A stretch of 54,190 nucleotides of DNA from a virus (lineage: Duplodnaviria > Caudoviricetes): the IMG/VR virus record IMGVR_UViG_3300010370_000050, positions 1 through 54,190 of that record. One strand, written 5' to 3'. Shown piece by piece: positions 1-9,394 of the stretch (its first letter is position 1; each line of letters opens with the position of its first letter). Both the position numbers and the translations under genes were made by a program. The notes below the pieces were generated by a model that saw nothing but the letters and a program-made list of their open reading frames with translations, had not been told where the DNA came from and made no database searches.

Positions 1-294
1 GCGGTCACCAATACGACCTACTGGACGGTCCTGGCCGCAAAGGGAACTGACGGAACCAATGGGACCAACGGCACCAATGGAACCTCGTTCGTCTTCCGCG
101 GGGAATATGCAGCAGGTACTGCCTACGTTGCCAATGACGTCGTGACCTCAGGTGGCTCAGCCTACATCTGCATCTTGGCGTCCACTGGAAACGCTCCAAC
201 GAACACCACCTACTGGTCAGTGCTTGCAGCCAAAGGCCAGGACGGCGTCACGATGGGCAAAGCGATCGCCGCCAGTTTGATCTTCGGTTTCTAA
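1..294 (+). CDS. 5'-truncated tail fibre/virion protein with collagen-like GTN repeats and a CBM5/12-like module
   Basis: Frame 1 read by hand: AVTNTTYWTVLAAKGTDGTNGTNGTNGTSFVFRGEYAAGTAYVANDVV...TGNAPTNTTYWSVLAAKG...IFGF, TAA at 292-294. Not in the ORF track. Confidence 0.8.
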   Translation, partial: AVTNTTYWTVLAAKGTDGTNGTNGTNGTSFVFRGEYAAGTAYVANDVVTSGGSAYICILASTGNAPTNTTYWSVLAAKGQDGVTMGKAIAASLIFGF

Positions 295-303
295 GGAACA
301 ACC

Positions 304-699
304 ATGCCTACACCAAATATTGTCAACGTTACCCAGATCGAGGGTAAGACAGCCGCCCTGATCCCCGCGGTAACCACAGCAGTCCACTGGTCTGCACTGA
401 CCCCGTCAGTCACAACCCCTCCCAAGATCCACAAGGTCGGGACGATCACGGCTTCGAACGTGACCAATGCTGCGGCAACCATCACTGTTGCGGTTCATAA
501 CGCTGCGACTCCAACTGGTACTGCGAATCGAATCGTCCATCAGATCTCGGTTCCTGCGAACTCGACCCTGGTGATCGTGGATAAGACCACACCGATCTAC
601 ATCGATGAGGGTCAGTCGATTGCTGTGACCGTCGGGACTGCAAGCGCCCTCGAGCTCGTGGCCTCTTACGAAGTCATCACCGGTACGGCAGCAGCGTAA
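304..699 (+). CDS. Small beta-rich virion/tail-fibre-associated protein
   Basis: AAGGA RBS; ends LVIVDKTTPIYIDEGQSI...ELVASYEVIT; lies between fibre genes. Confidence 0.65.
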   Translation: MPTPNIVNVTQIEGKTAALIPAVTTAVHWSALTPSVTTPPKIHKVGTITASNVTNAAATITVAVHNAATPTGTANRIVHQISVPANSTLVIVDKTTPIYIDEGQSIAVTVGTASALELVASYEVITGTAAA

Positions 700-3287
700 T
701 GCTTGACAGAAAACTCGGCGGCTTCATCAGCGCAAATCCTCCTGCGCCCACTCAGGCTTCGGCTCAAGGGGTGTGGGATGGGAACCAGCAGATCGTTGCG
801 CAGCTTCAGAACGCTTGGCCTTTGCCGCCTCATGTCGTTCAGCGGTCGCTGAGGTTTAACAGCGCGGATAGTCCAAGCCTGAGCCGTACTCCTGGTGTTG
901 CTAGCAACCGTAGGACATATACATGGAGCGGGTGGTGCAAGTTAACGTCGCTTGCTGAACAAGTGCTTTTTAACGCCCAGGCAAATTCAAGCGGCGGAAC
1001 GCAGCGCACGCTCATCTCGATCGCTTCAAGCGGATTTCTTTACGTCAATACTGACAATCTTAATACCGCGATGATCTGGACCGTAAGCAGCAACAACTTG
1101 CTGCGCGATTTCAGCGCTTGGTACCACATCGTTGTTGCGGTAGATACCACGCAAGCAACCGCTGCCAATCGAGTTCGGATGTATATCAATGGCGTTGAAG
1201 TCTCGTATGCGGCCTCGACTTATCCTAGTCAAAACTACGACGACGCCATCAACAACACGGTTCCGCATTACATCAGCTACGAGCAGCATCCCGCACAAGC
1301 AACCAAACGCCTGAACGGCTATCTGGCCGAGGTCAACTTTGTTGACGGCCAAGCTCTAACCCCATCCTCCTTTGGCGAGACCGATCCTCAGACCGGCATA
1401 TGGGTTCCCAAGCGCTACACCGGAACCTACGGCACCAACGGCTTTTGCCTTCCCTTCAGCAACAACTCGAGCACCACTGCTCTTGGCTTTGACGCCTCCG
1501 GCAACGGGAACAACTGGACGCCTAACAACTTCAGCGTCACGCCAGGATCAGGCAACGATTCGCTTCTGGATGTGCCGAGTCTGTATGGCGCGACCGATAC
1601 GGGGATTGGCGCGGAGATCCGGGGGAATTATGCGACTCTAAATCCGTTGGACAACGGTGGCGCAACGCTTTCCGATGGGAATTTGGTCTCGACAAGGTCA
1701 AGCGCATCGACAGTGGCGGTGCGGTCAACCATGGCCGTTAGCTCCGGCAAATGGTATTGGGAGGTGACGCCAACCGCTCTAGGAGCATTGACGGTCGGAA
1801 TCGGAACACAAAGCGCTTCTCTTACCGGGATCGTTGGTGGAGATGCTTTCGGCTATGGCTGGTACAACGATTCTGGCGGGACTTCATCGAAGTACAACAG
1901 CAACGCATCGTCGTCGTATTCGACAGCCCTGACGGTCGGGTCTGTGTGCGGAGTTGCGCTGGACCTGGATTCAACACCAACCACACTCACGTTTTACAGA
2001 AACGGGATCAGCCAGGGAGTCGCGTATTCAGGTCTTACCGCTGGAACGTATTTCGCAATGATCTCTCAGTGGGGCGGCACGACATCGACAGCTAGCATCA
2101 ACTTCGGCCAACGCCCCTTCGCTTTCCCCGCTCCCGCAGGATTCAAAGCCCTCTGCACCACCAACTTCGTCGCTCCTGCGATCGGTCAGACCGCAGCCAA
2201 TCAGGCGGACAACCACTTCGCTGCCATCGCATACCCTGGCAACGGATCGACTCAGAACGTCGTTACGGAATTCGCTCCCGATCTGGTCTGGATTAAGAAC
2301 CGCTCATCCAACTGGTCTCATCTCTTGTACGACACGTTGCGCGGGCCAAGCAATGGCACAACCAGCAAGGCGCTGTTCACGAATGGAAGTGATGGTGAGA
2401 ACGTCATCAACGACAACAGCACCTACGGTTATCTCTCAGCTTTCAACTCGAATGGCTTTACGGTCAACGCTGGTTCCTATGTTGGAGCCGGTGGATATGC
2501 CAACACCTCTGGTCAGAACTATGTGGCTTGGTGCTGGAATGCCGGTGGCAACTCGGTAACGAACAACGCCGGAAGTAATGGCGCGACGATCGCTAGTACC
2601 TATCGAGCCAACAAGGCAGCAGGATTCTCGGTTGTGACCTATACCGGGAACGGCGTAGATGGCGCAACGGTAGCCCACGGCCTTGGCGCAGCACCTGCAT
2701 TCATCATCGTGAAATCCAGGAGCAACGCTTTCAACTGGGGCGTCTGGCACAAAAACCTTGCCAAATACGACGCCAACCATGCTTATGCAATTGGCCTCAA
2801 TTTAACCAGACCCGCTGACGCGACGGCGCAATACGCTGTGTTTTATCCTGGCGTAAACACCGCAAACGTGTTTGGTCTCGGAAACGAGTCAACCGCTAAC
2901 CAGTCGAACGCGACCTACGTAGCTTATTGCTTTGCTGAGGTGCCTGGGTTTTCTGGATTCGGTAGCTACACCGGCAATGGTTCTGCTGATGGCCCGTTTG
3001 TTCACCTCGGGTTTAGGCCTGCGTTCATGCTGTTGAAGAACATCTCGCAAGCGTATGGCTGGCAGATTTATGACTCCAAGCGCAACCCAACCAACCGAGT
3101 AAATCTCGGCTTATATCCGAACGTGTCTAACGGGGAAGGCACAGAGGCTGGGGCTGGGCCGATCGATTTCTTGAGTAATGGCTTCAAGATCCGCGATGCC
3201 ACATGGGATGAACTCAACGGTAGCACTCGTACTTACCTTTACATCGCATTTGCCGAAGCCCCGTTCCGCCTGAGCTCTGCCCGATAG
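699..3287 (+). CDS. Receptor-binding/tail protein with ConA/LamG and SPRY-like domains
   Basis: AWYHIVVAVDT and GYLAEVNFVDG (LamG); SSGKWYWEV...GVALDLD...FYRNG (SPRY); coupled to upstream stop (TAATG). Confidence 0.8.
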   Translation: MLDRKLGGFISANPPAPTQASAQGVWDGNQQIVAQLQNAWPLPPHVVQRSLRFNSADSPSLSRTPGVASNRRTYTWSGWCKLTSLAEQVLFNAQANSSGGTQRTLISIASSGFLYVNTDNLNTAMIWTVSSNNLLRDFSAWYHIVVAVDTTQATAANRVRMYINGVEVSYAASTYPSQNYDDAINNTVPHYISYEQHPAQATKRLNGYLAEVNFVDGQALTPSSFGETDPQTGIWVPKRYTGTYGTNGFCLPFSNNSSTTALGFDASGNGNNWTPNNFSVTPGSGNDSLLDVPSLYGATDTGIGAEIRGNYATLNPLDNGGATLSDGNLVSTRSSASTVAVRSTMAVSSGKWYWEVTPTALGALTVGIGTQSASLTGIVGGDAFGYGWYNDSGGTSSKYNSNASSSYSTALTVGSVCGVALDLDSTPTTLTFYRNGISQGVAYSGLTAGTYFAMISQWGGTTSTASINFGQRPFAFPAPAGFKALCTTNFVAPAIGQTAANQADNHFAAIAYPGNGSTQNVVTEFAPDLVWIKNRSSNWSHLLYDTLRGPSNGTTSKALFTNGSDGENVINDNSTYGYLSAFNSNGFTVNAGSYVGAGGYANTSGQNYVAWCWNAGGNSVTNNAGSNGATIASTYRANKAAGFSVVTYTGNGVDGATVAHGLGAAPAFIIVKSRSNAFNWGVWHKNLAKYDANHAYAIGLNLTRPADATAQYAVFYPGVNTANVFGLGNESTANQSNATYVAYCFAEVPGFSGFGSYTGNGSADGPFVHLGFRPAFMLLKNISQAYGWQIYDSKRNPTNRVNLGLYPNVSNGEGTEAGAGPIDFLSNGFKIRDATWDELNGSTRTYLYIAFAEAPFRLSSAR

Positions 3288-3296
3288 GAAACAAGC

Positions 3297-6200
3297 ATGT
3301 CTCGATTCCCAGGACACATCATCAAGCTCCCTGCGAACACCCCGAGTCAGAGCTCGGCACCTGGTGTCTGGACGCTCAAGGACCAGCTCGTCGCACAACG
3401 CAACAACCAGTGGCCGTTCCAAAGGGATCCTGACTTCCGGTACACCACGCTGCTGCTCCAGGGCAACGTCCCCAACACGACAGGCCCACAGGCGATGAAC
3501 CTGCCCCTGGCCTACAACTCGGACGCCTCGAGCAACAACTTCCTGATCACGCCGAATGGGGATGTGTCGCCCAGGCCGTTCAGCCCGTACGGGGGTGGGA
3601 ACTACAGCAACGGCTTTGATGGGGCAGCAGACTTTCTGGGTATCGCAAACAATGCCCTCGTTCAGCTAACAAACGCAACAGCATTCACGATTGAGGCTTG
3701 GGTTTATCCAATTTCAATCGCAAACAATCCTCAAATTGTTTTTGCGTACAACCCATCCTCTCCGTATCAGGGATATTCGTTACGCATCCTGACCTCATCG
3801 GGCTTGTTTGAGATGTTTGATGGGACAAGCTGGATTTCGTTTGGGGCTGCTCAACTCAATACATGGCAACACATTGCGGTCTCTTACGAAGGCAACGGAA
3901 CAACCAGAAGGTTCTTTATCAACGGAGTTCAGCAAGGTCCGGCGATAACAGTGCCGTCAACCATCAACTGGACTTCTGGCGGCGTCAATATATCTAGTTC
4001 CGGAGAATCTTTTAATGGATATATCAGCAACCTCCGTATCGTCAAAGGCACGGCGGTTTACACCTCAAACTTCACGCCGCCATCCCAGCCGTTAACTGCG
4101 ATCACAAACACTTCGTTGCTTACCTGTCAAAGCAACCGCTTCATCGACAACAGCGGCAACAACCTCACCATCACTCGTAACGGCGACGTTAGGGTCACCG
4201 ACAACTCGCCTTTCGTATCCGCCGACTTCACGACCGGTAGCGGGTACTTCGATGGGAATGGGGATTATTTGAACGCCGGTGCAAGCACATCTCTTTCCTG
4301 TGGATCTGGCAGCTTTACAGTAGAGACATGGATTTATCCGTCAGTTCTGGCGCAAAGTTCCATTTATGCCAGCACCGCCAACGGAGGACAATTTTTCTCG
4401 TTTGCGTCAGGTCAAGGTATAGGCGTCGGCAGGGTTAACGTCGCTTGGGATTATTCGACAAACGTCTTCCCTGTTTACTACGCTTGGAATCACATCGTTT
4501 GGGTTAGAAGCGGCAACAACCTTTCCATCTACCTAAACGGGACGAGGATAGGAAACGTCCAAAACTCCCAAAATTTCACCTTAAACGGCGGCTCGGCAAC
4601 GATAGGCACGGAGGGTTCGATTGCCTCCACTATTCCTGCGTGCTACATGGCGGGATTTCGTGTAGTCACGGGCACAGCGGTGTATGACCCTACGCAAACA
4701 AGCATTCCAGTTCCCACCGCTCCACCAACCGCAGTTAGCGGGACACAGCTTTTGACGCTTCTTACCCGCGCCCCATCTCAGAACCACGGCTTCATCGACT
4801 CCAGCCCCAACGAGTTCATCGTTACCCGCAACGGCAATGTAAGCCAGGGTACGTTCAGTCCGTTCAGTCCTAGTGGGTGGGGCTATTATCTTGCTGAACA
4901 ACAAAACAACACCGTTAACTTTACAACGTCGGCGGGAACGGATTTTCAATTTTCCGGTGACTTCACAATTGAAGGCTGGGTTTATCCGCAAAACAGTTCT
5001 GGAGACGGAAGCCTGTTTGTCGTTAGTGATAACACAAATTACCTAGCCCTTAACATTAGTATCTCGGCGAACGTCTTCAATATCTATCTAAACGGTGGCA
5101 CCCCCGCTGCTGTGATTACAAGCGACATTCCTGTAGCCGCGTGGACTCACGTAGCAATGGTTAGAAACGGGTCTGGTACCGGGAACATAAAACTTTATGT
5201 AAATGGTGGGCTAAAGGGTTCGGCAACCAATACGTCCACATTAGGCTTCGCAAATCCTGCTGTTTGCAGAATAGGCGGCGGAGTAAGCGGAATTAACCGT
5301 TACTACTCAAATGTTCGTGTGTGCAAATCCGCTGTTTACACCGCAGCGTTTACGCCAAGCACACTACCTCTTTCAACAACTAGTCAAGGCGCAACCAATT
5401 GCGTTTTACTTACTGCTAATGCGAATCGTTTTCTAAATCAAACGGCTGGTGCTGCAGCAACTATTACCGGCTCCCCCTCCGTCCAAGCCTTCTCACCCTT
5501 CGCTCCGGCAAATTCGGTGTCGCCGCTGGTCACGGGCGGGAGTGGGTATTTTCCGGGAAGCACTTCTGTTTGGCTTGTCGCCCCGGACAATCCAGCGCTT
5601 GAGCTAAGTTCCAACGATTTCACGATTGAATGCTGGGTTTACAGCACTGCCGATTTTTCGGCGAATAGAATATTTACTTCTAAATGGAATCACTTTGTAT
5701 TTGGAATTAACTCCACTCCGGCTTTAAGTTTTACTTGGTATGGAACCACTAACGGATCTGCCACAGGTACTTTGATAAGCACTGCGCCAAACGCTTGGCA
5801 TCACTTTGCTGTTTGCCGTCAAGGCGGCACCCTTTATATGTTCCAGAATGGGCAAAAGCTCACGCAAAGCAACTCAACGATTACCGGTACTCTTAATAAC
5901 GACAGTTACGGGCCTATGCTCGGTGGAAATGAAAACGTCGTTAGTGGCGCTATTGCAAGTGCAAACGAACCTTGGTACGGCTACATATCTGGATACCGCA
6001 TGGTAAACGGAACTGCTCTTTACACCAGTAGCTTCCCCATCCCCACTGCCCCACCAACAGCCATCCCAGGCACCTCCCTCCTGCTCAACTTCACTGGCGG
6101 CGGGATTGTCGATGCGACAGGCAAGAACGTCATCGAGACATTCGGAAATGCTCAGCTTACGACGGCGCAGCCAAAATGGACGGGACAAGGATCGCTGTCC

Positions 6201-6707
6201 AATAACGGCGCAGCGGGGGCCAGGTTCCAAGTTAGCAGCAATTCTGCGCCACCGCTTTTCAATGTGGGGACGGGTGATTACACAGTAGAGTTTTGGGTCA
6301 ATACAGGAACTCCAGCATCGCAGCAGTGCATTTTAGACTTTAGAAACGCAGACGTCGCGGGTCAAGGCTATGCTTTGATATTTAATACGTCCCGCCAAAT
6401 TATCATGTATTACAACGTTGGCAATCGAATCACAACGTCTGCCATCTCTGCAAACGTTTGGACTCATATCGCTGTCGTTAGGTATAACGGGGTTTACACA
6501 ATTTATGTGAATGGTTCTGCATCTGGAGGTACATATAACAATTCTGATGCAGTTGCCCCTCCAGCAAATAGACCTTTAATTGGATCGGTAAGTGACGGCA
6601 GTCAGGTGTTTAACGGAAACTTTTCTGACTTCAGAATAAGCCGTATTGCCCGTTACACCGGCAACTTCAACATCAACACCATCCCCGGACCTTTCCCCAT
6701 AGGCTAA
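3297..6707 (+). CDS. Receptor-binding protein with five tandem ConA/LamG domains
   Basis: Five FT(I/V)E.W(V/I) ... W.H.A ... GYIS..R repeats joined by SPF/PTAPPT linkers. Confidence 0.82.
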   Translation: MSRFPGHIIKLPANTPSQSSAPGVWTLKDQLVAQRNNQWPFQRDPDFRYTTLLLQGNVPNTTGPQAMNLPLAYNSDASSNNFLITPNGDVSPRPFSPYGGGNYSNGFDGAADFLGIANNALVQLTNATAFTIEAWVYPISIANNPQIVFAYNPSSPYQGYSLRILTSSGLFEMFDGTSWISFGAAQLNTWQHIAVSYEGNGTTRRFFINGVQQGPAITVPSTINWTSGGVNISSSGESFNGYISNLRIVKGTAVYTSNFTPPSQPLTAITNTSLLTCQSNRFIDNSGNNLTITRNGDVRVTDNSPFVSADFTTGSGYFDGNGDYLNAGASTSLSCGSGSFTVETWIYPSVLAQSSIYASTANGGQFFSFASGQGIGVGRVNVAWDYSTNVFPVYYAWNHIVWVRSGNNLSIYLNGTRIGNVQNSQNFTLNGGSATIGTEGSIASTIPACYMAGFRVVTGTAVYDPTQTSIPVPTAPPTAVSGTQLLTLLTRAPSQNHGFIDSSPNEFIVTRNGNVSQGTFSPFSPSGWGYYLAEQQNNTVNFTTSAGTDFQFSGDFTIEGWVYPQNSSGDGSLFVVSDNTNYLALNISISANVFNIYLNGGTPAAVITSDIPVAAWTHVAMVRNGSGTGNIKLYVNGGLKGSATNTSTLGFANPAVCRIGGGVSGINRYYSNVRVCKSAVYTAAFTPSTLPLSTTSQGATNCVLLTANANRFLNQTAGAAATITGSPSVQAFSPFAPANSVSPLVTGGSGYFPGSTSVWLVAPDNPALELSSNDFTIECWVYSTADFSANRIFTSKWNHFVFGINSTPALSFTWYGTTNGSATGTLISTAPNAWHHFAVCRQGGTLYMFQNGQKLTQSNSTITGTLNNDSYGPMLGGNENVVSGAIASANEPWYGYISGYRMVNGTALYTSSFPIPTAPPTAIPGTSLLLNFTGGGIVDATGKNVIETFGNAQLTTAQPKWTGQGSLSNNGAAGARFQVSSNSAPPLFNVGTGDYTVEFWVNTGTPASQQCILDFRNADVAGQGYALIFNTSRQIIMYYNVGNRITTSAISANVWTHIAVVRYNGVYTIYVNGSASGGTYNNSDAVAPPANRPLIGSVSDGSQVFNGNFSDFRISRIARYTGNFNINTIPGPFPIG

Positions 6708-6709
6708 CC

Positions 6710-7051
6710 ATGTACGCAATCATCCGCGATGGCCGGATCGTCAACACCGGCACCCTCGAAGCAATGTTCATCTCGAACGTCTTCCCTGACTCGGCAACAC
6801 CCCAGTGGCTGGAAGAGCATGGCGTCTACGAGATCGTGATACCGCCTTACGACCCAGACACCCAGGTCATGGAGTCCTGCGATCCGATCATCGTTGGGCG
6901 CACTGTGCAGCTTCACATAGTCCGCGCAAAGACCGAGGAAGAGCTCACCCAGACTCATCCGAAGATGGATCCTGAGGGCGTTGTGATGTTTGCCGACACG
7001 GTTGTAACCGACGATATCCAGATCGAAGTCATCAACGGCGATTCGGTCTAA
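6710..7051 (+). CDS. Hypothetical protein, possible tail-fibre chaperone
   Basis: Acidic ORF directly after fibre genes, before a terminator. Confidence 0.55.
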   Translation: MYAIIRDGRIVNTGTLEAMFISNVFPDSATPQWLEEHGVYEIVIPPYDPDTQVMESCDPIIVGRTVQLHIVRAKTEEELTQTHPKMDPEGVVMFADTVVTDDIQIEVINGDSV

Positions 7052-7070
7052 CCCCAGCTCACCTAACTGC

Positions 7071-7092
7071 AACCCGCTTCGGCGGGTTTTTT
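7071..7092 (+). terminator. Rho-independent terminator
   Basis: AACCCGC-TTCG-GCGGGTT followed by a T run. Confidence 0.9.
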
Positions 7093-7098
7093 ATCGCC

Positions 7099-7251
7099 AT
7101 GAAAAAGCCAGTCTGGGAAAAGCCCAACCCTAAGGGCAAAAGCAAGCCTCTGACACCAGCTCAGAAGTCTGCAGCGAAGAAGTCGGCCAAGGCAGCAGGT
7201 AGGCCCTATCCGAATCTCGTGGACAACATGAATGCCGCGAGGAAGAAATGA
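7099..7251 (+). CDS. Small Lys-rich protein (50 aa)
   Basis: Read by hand: MKKPVWEKPNPKGKSKPLTPAQKSAAKKSAKAAGRPYPNLVDNMNAARKK; stop overlaps next start (ATGA). Confidence 0.75.
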   Translation: MKKPVWEKPNPKGKSKPLTPAQKSAAKKSAKAAGRPYPNLVDNMNAARKK

Positions 7252-7484
7252 GTGTCGAGCTGCATCGTGAGCTAGGCGAACATGACGCCAAGATCGAGAA
7301 CCTCGAGAAAGAAGTTCACCTGTTACGCAAAGACGTGGCCAGGATCTTCGAGAAGCTCGATGACATCAACCTGACTTTGTCCTCTGCTAAAGGTGGATGG
7401 AAGACCTTGTTACTGATTGGTGGGGCGATCTCTGGTCTGGTTGCTTTCTTCAACACGATCTTTCATTGGGTGACGTCCAAATGA
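7248..7484 (+). CDS. Coiled-coil protein with C-terminal membrane helix (XhlA/holin-like)
   Basis: Heptad N-terminus, then GGWKTLLLIGGAISGLVAFF. Confidence 0.6.
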   Translation: MSVELHRELGEHDAKIENLEKEVHLLRKDVARIFEKLDDINLTLSSAKGGWKTLLLIGGAISGLVAFFNTIFHWVTSK

Positions 7485-7502
7485 AACGGTTCTACAAGCC
7501 TG

Positions 7503-7769
7503 GTGATCCTTATGGTTAAGAAGCCAGATCTCGTGATGGTGATCTGGGAAGACGCCGCTCACGACACGCTGGGGTGGGGTCAAGGATTAGAAGCAGCAAA
7601 GAAGTTCGACATTCCAACCGTCGTATCAGTCGGTTGGTTGATGGCCAGGGATAAGAAGGGCGTCAAGATCGCCCAGTCTTTGTGCGACGACAACATCGCT
7701 CAAGCCCTGGTTGTTCCGGCAAGGATGATCAAGAAGGTCGTCAAGTTGCCCAGTCCGTTTAAGGGGTGA
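7503..7769 (+). CDS. Hypothetical protein (W.DA motif)
   Basis: VIWEDA...VSVGWL...VVPARMI; overlaps the phosphoesterase start. Confidence 0.65.
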   Translation: MILMVKKPDLVMVIWEDAAHDTLGWGQGLEAAKKFDIPTVVSVGWLMARDKKGVKIAQSLCDDNIAQALVVPARMIKKVVKLPSPFKG

Positions 7770-8719
7770 CTATGGCGAATCCAGTCTCCGATGAGGTCTT
7801 TATCGCGTTGTGGAAAGAGTTTGGCAGTCCAACAAAGGTTGCTGAGCATCTTGGCATCCACGTTAGAAGCGTATTCAACAGACGAAACAGAATTCAGAAC
7901 CGCTACAAGGTTTCTCTAGAAACCACGGTCGATCTTCGTAGCGGGATCAGCACAAGACTTGTTCATCCTTACGACGGTGTTCGAGCGATCGCTGACATCT
8001 CGGGCTACGTGATTGTCTTCTCCGACGCTCACTTCTTCCCTGGTGAGAAGAGCGTTGGGTACTGCGCACTGATCCAGCTCATCAAGCAGTTCAAGCCCAA
8101 GCTGATCGTTGCAAACGGCGACATCCTGGACGGGGCAACCATTCATGGCCATGGGCCTCAGGGTTGGGAGAGGCCTCCGACTCTGAAAGAAGAGCTTGAG
8201 GCGGTGCAACACAGCATGAAGGGTATCGAGAAAGCAGCTCGAGGTGCCCTGCTCCACCGGACTATTGGAAACCACGATCTTCGGTTTGAGCGTCGGTTAG
8301 CGATTGGCGCTCCTGAATATCGGGGTATCGAAGGCATGACCTTAAAGGACCACCTTCCTTTGTGGGGAGTCTCCTGGTCTTTGATGATCAACGACAACAC
8401 GATGATCAAGCACCGGATCCACGGTGGGATTCACTCAGGGCACAACAACACGGTCAAGGGTGGGATCAACGTCGTCACGGGACACACTCACCTTCTGTCT
8501 GTGTCTCCTTGGGCTGACTACAAGGGAAGGCGTTGGGGTGTTTCAACCGGCATGTTGGCTGATCCTCAAGACGCCCAGTTCCGTTACGCGGAGGACAACC
8601 CACGTCCTTGGGCTCAGGGCTTTGCGGTCCTGAAATATGACGAAGAGGGTGAACTTCTGCCGCCTGAACTCTGTGAGGTGATGAATGGCACCGCATATTT
8701 CCGAGGAGAGAAAGTGTGA
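7766..8719 (+). CDS. Calcineurin-like metallophosphoesterase with N-terminal HTH
   Basis: SDAH, NGDILD, GNHD, H..H and GHTH motifs; N-terminal SPTKVAEHLGIHVRSVFNR. Confidence 0.85.
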   Translation: MTMANPVSDEVFIALWKEFGSPTKVAEHLGIHVRSVFNRRNRIQNRYKVSLETTVDLRSGISTRLVHPYDGVRAIADISGYVIVFSDAHFFPGEKSVGYCALIQLIKQFKPKLIVANGDILDGATIHGHGPQGWERPPTLKEELEAVQHSMKGIEKAARGALLHRTIGNHDLRFERRLAIGAPEYRGIEGMTLKDHLPLWGVSWSLMINDNTMIKHRIHGGIHSGHNNTVKGGINVVTGHTHLLSVSPWADYKGRRWGVSTGMLADPQDAQFRYAEDNPRPWAQGFAVLKYDEEGELLPPELCEVMNGTAYFRGEKV

Positions 8720-8922
8720 TTCAGCTCTACGACAACTGGAAAGAGATCGTGAAGAAGGCTTGGTCCATTCGCTTCATGATCCTTGCCGGGATTCTTTCAG
8801 GAGTTGAAGTTGTTCTCCCCCTCTTTGCTCACCAGTTTCCTAACGGCGTCTTTGCGGCCCTATCTGGTTGTTGTGTGGCTGCAGCTTTCGTTGCTCGCCT
8901 CGTGGCACAAAAGGATGTCTGA
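8716..8922 (+). CDS. Holin
   Basis: Two hydrophobic helices (KKAWSIRF..., ...ARLVAQ) directly before the endolysin. Confidence 0.75.
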   Translation: MIQLYDNWKEIVKKAWSIRFMILAGILSGVEVVLPLFAHQFPNGVFAALSGCCVAAAFVARLVAQKDV

Positions 8923-9383
8923 TGACCAGAACCAAAGTAGCCGGTCTGGCCCTGAGCGCAGCGGCCCTGGTTTCTATCGCCCTTCATGAGGGCTATTCCG
9001 ATAGAGCCTATCAACCAGTACCAGGCGATAAGCAGACGATCGGGTTTGGAACCACGGAGGGTGTTAAGCCTGGTGATACGATCACCCCGCCAAAGGCCCT
9101 AGAACGCGCTCTACGCGACGTTCAGAAGTTTGAAGGGGCTATCAAGGACTGCGTCAAAGTTCCGCTCTACCAGCACGAATACGACGCTTACATCAGCTTC
9201 TCGTACAACATTGGATCCTCCGCCTTCTGTAATTCAACCCTCGTGAAGAAGTTAAATGCAGGGGATTACGAAGGTGCGTGTGCAGAGATCCGTCGCTGGG
9301 TGATGTTTCAGGGCAAGCCTCTACAGGGCTTGGTTAATCGTCGTGAAGCCGAATACAAGAAGTGCATCGGTGGATCCGTTTGA
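8922..9383 (+). CDS. SAR endolysin, GH24 lysozyme
   Basis: Hydrophobic N-terminus (MTRTKVAGLALSAAALVSIA); HEG...D..TIGFG triad; YNIG; GLVNRREAE. True start ATG at 8922. Confidence 0.92.
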   Translation: MTRTKVAGLALSAAALVSIALHEGYSDRAYQPVPGDKQTIGFGTTEGVKPGDTITPPKALERALRDVQKFEGAIKDCVKVPLYQHEYDAYISFSYNIGSSAFCNSTLVKKLNAGDYEGACAEIRRWVMFQGKPLQGLVNRREAEYKKCIGGSV

Positions 9384-9394
9384 AGGAGATCCGC

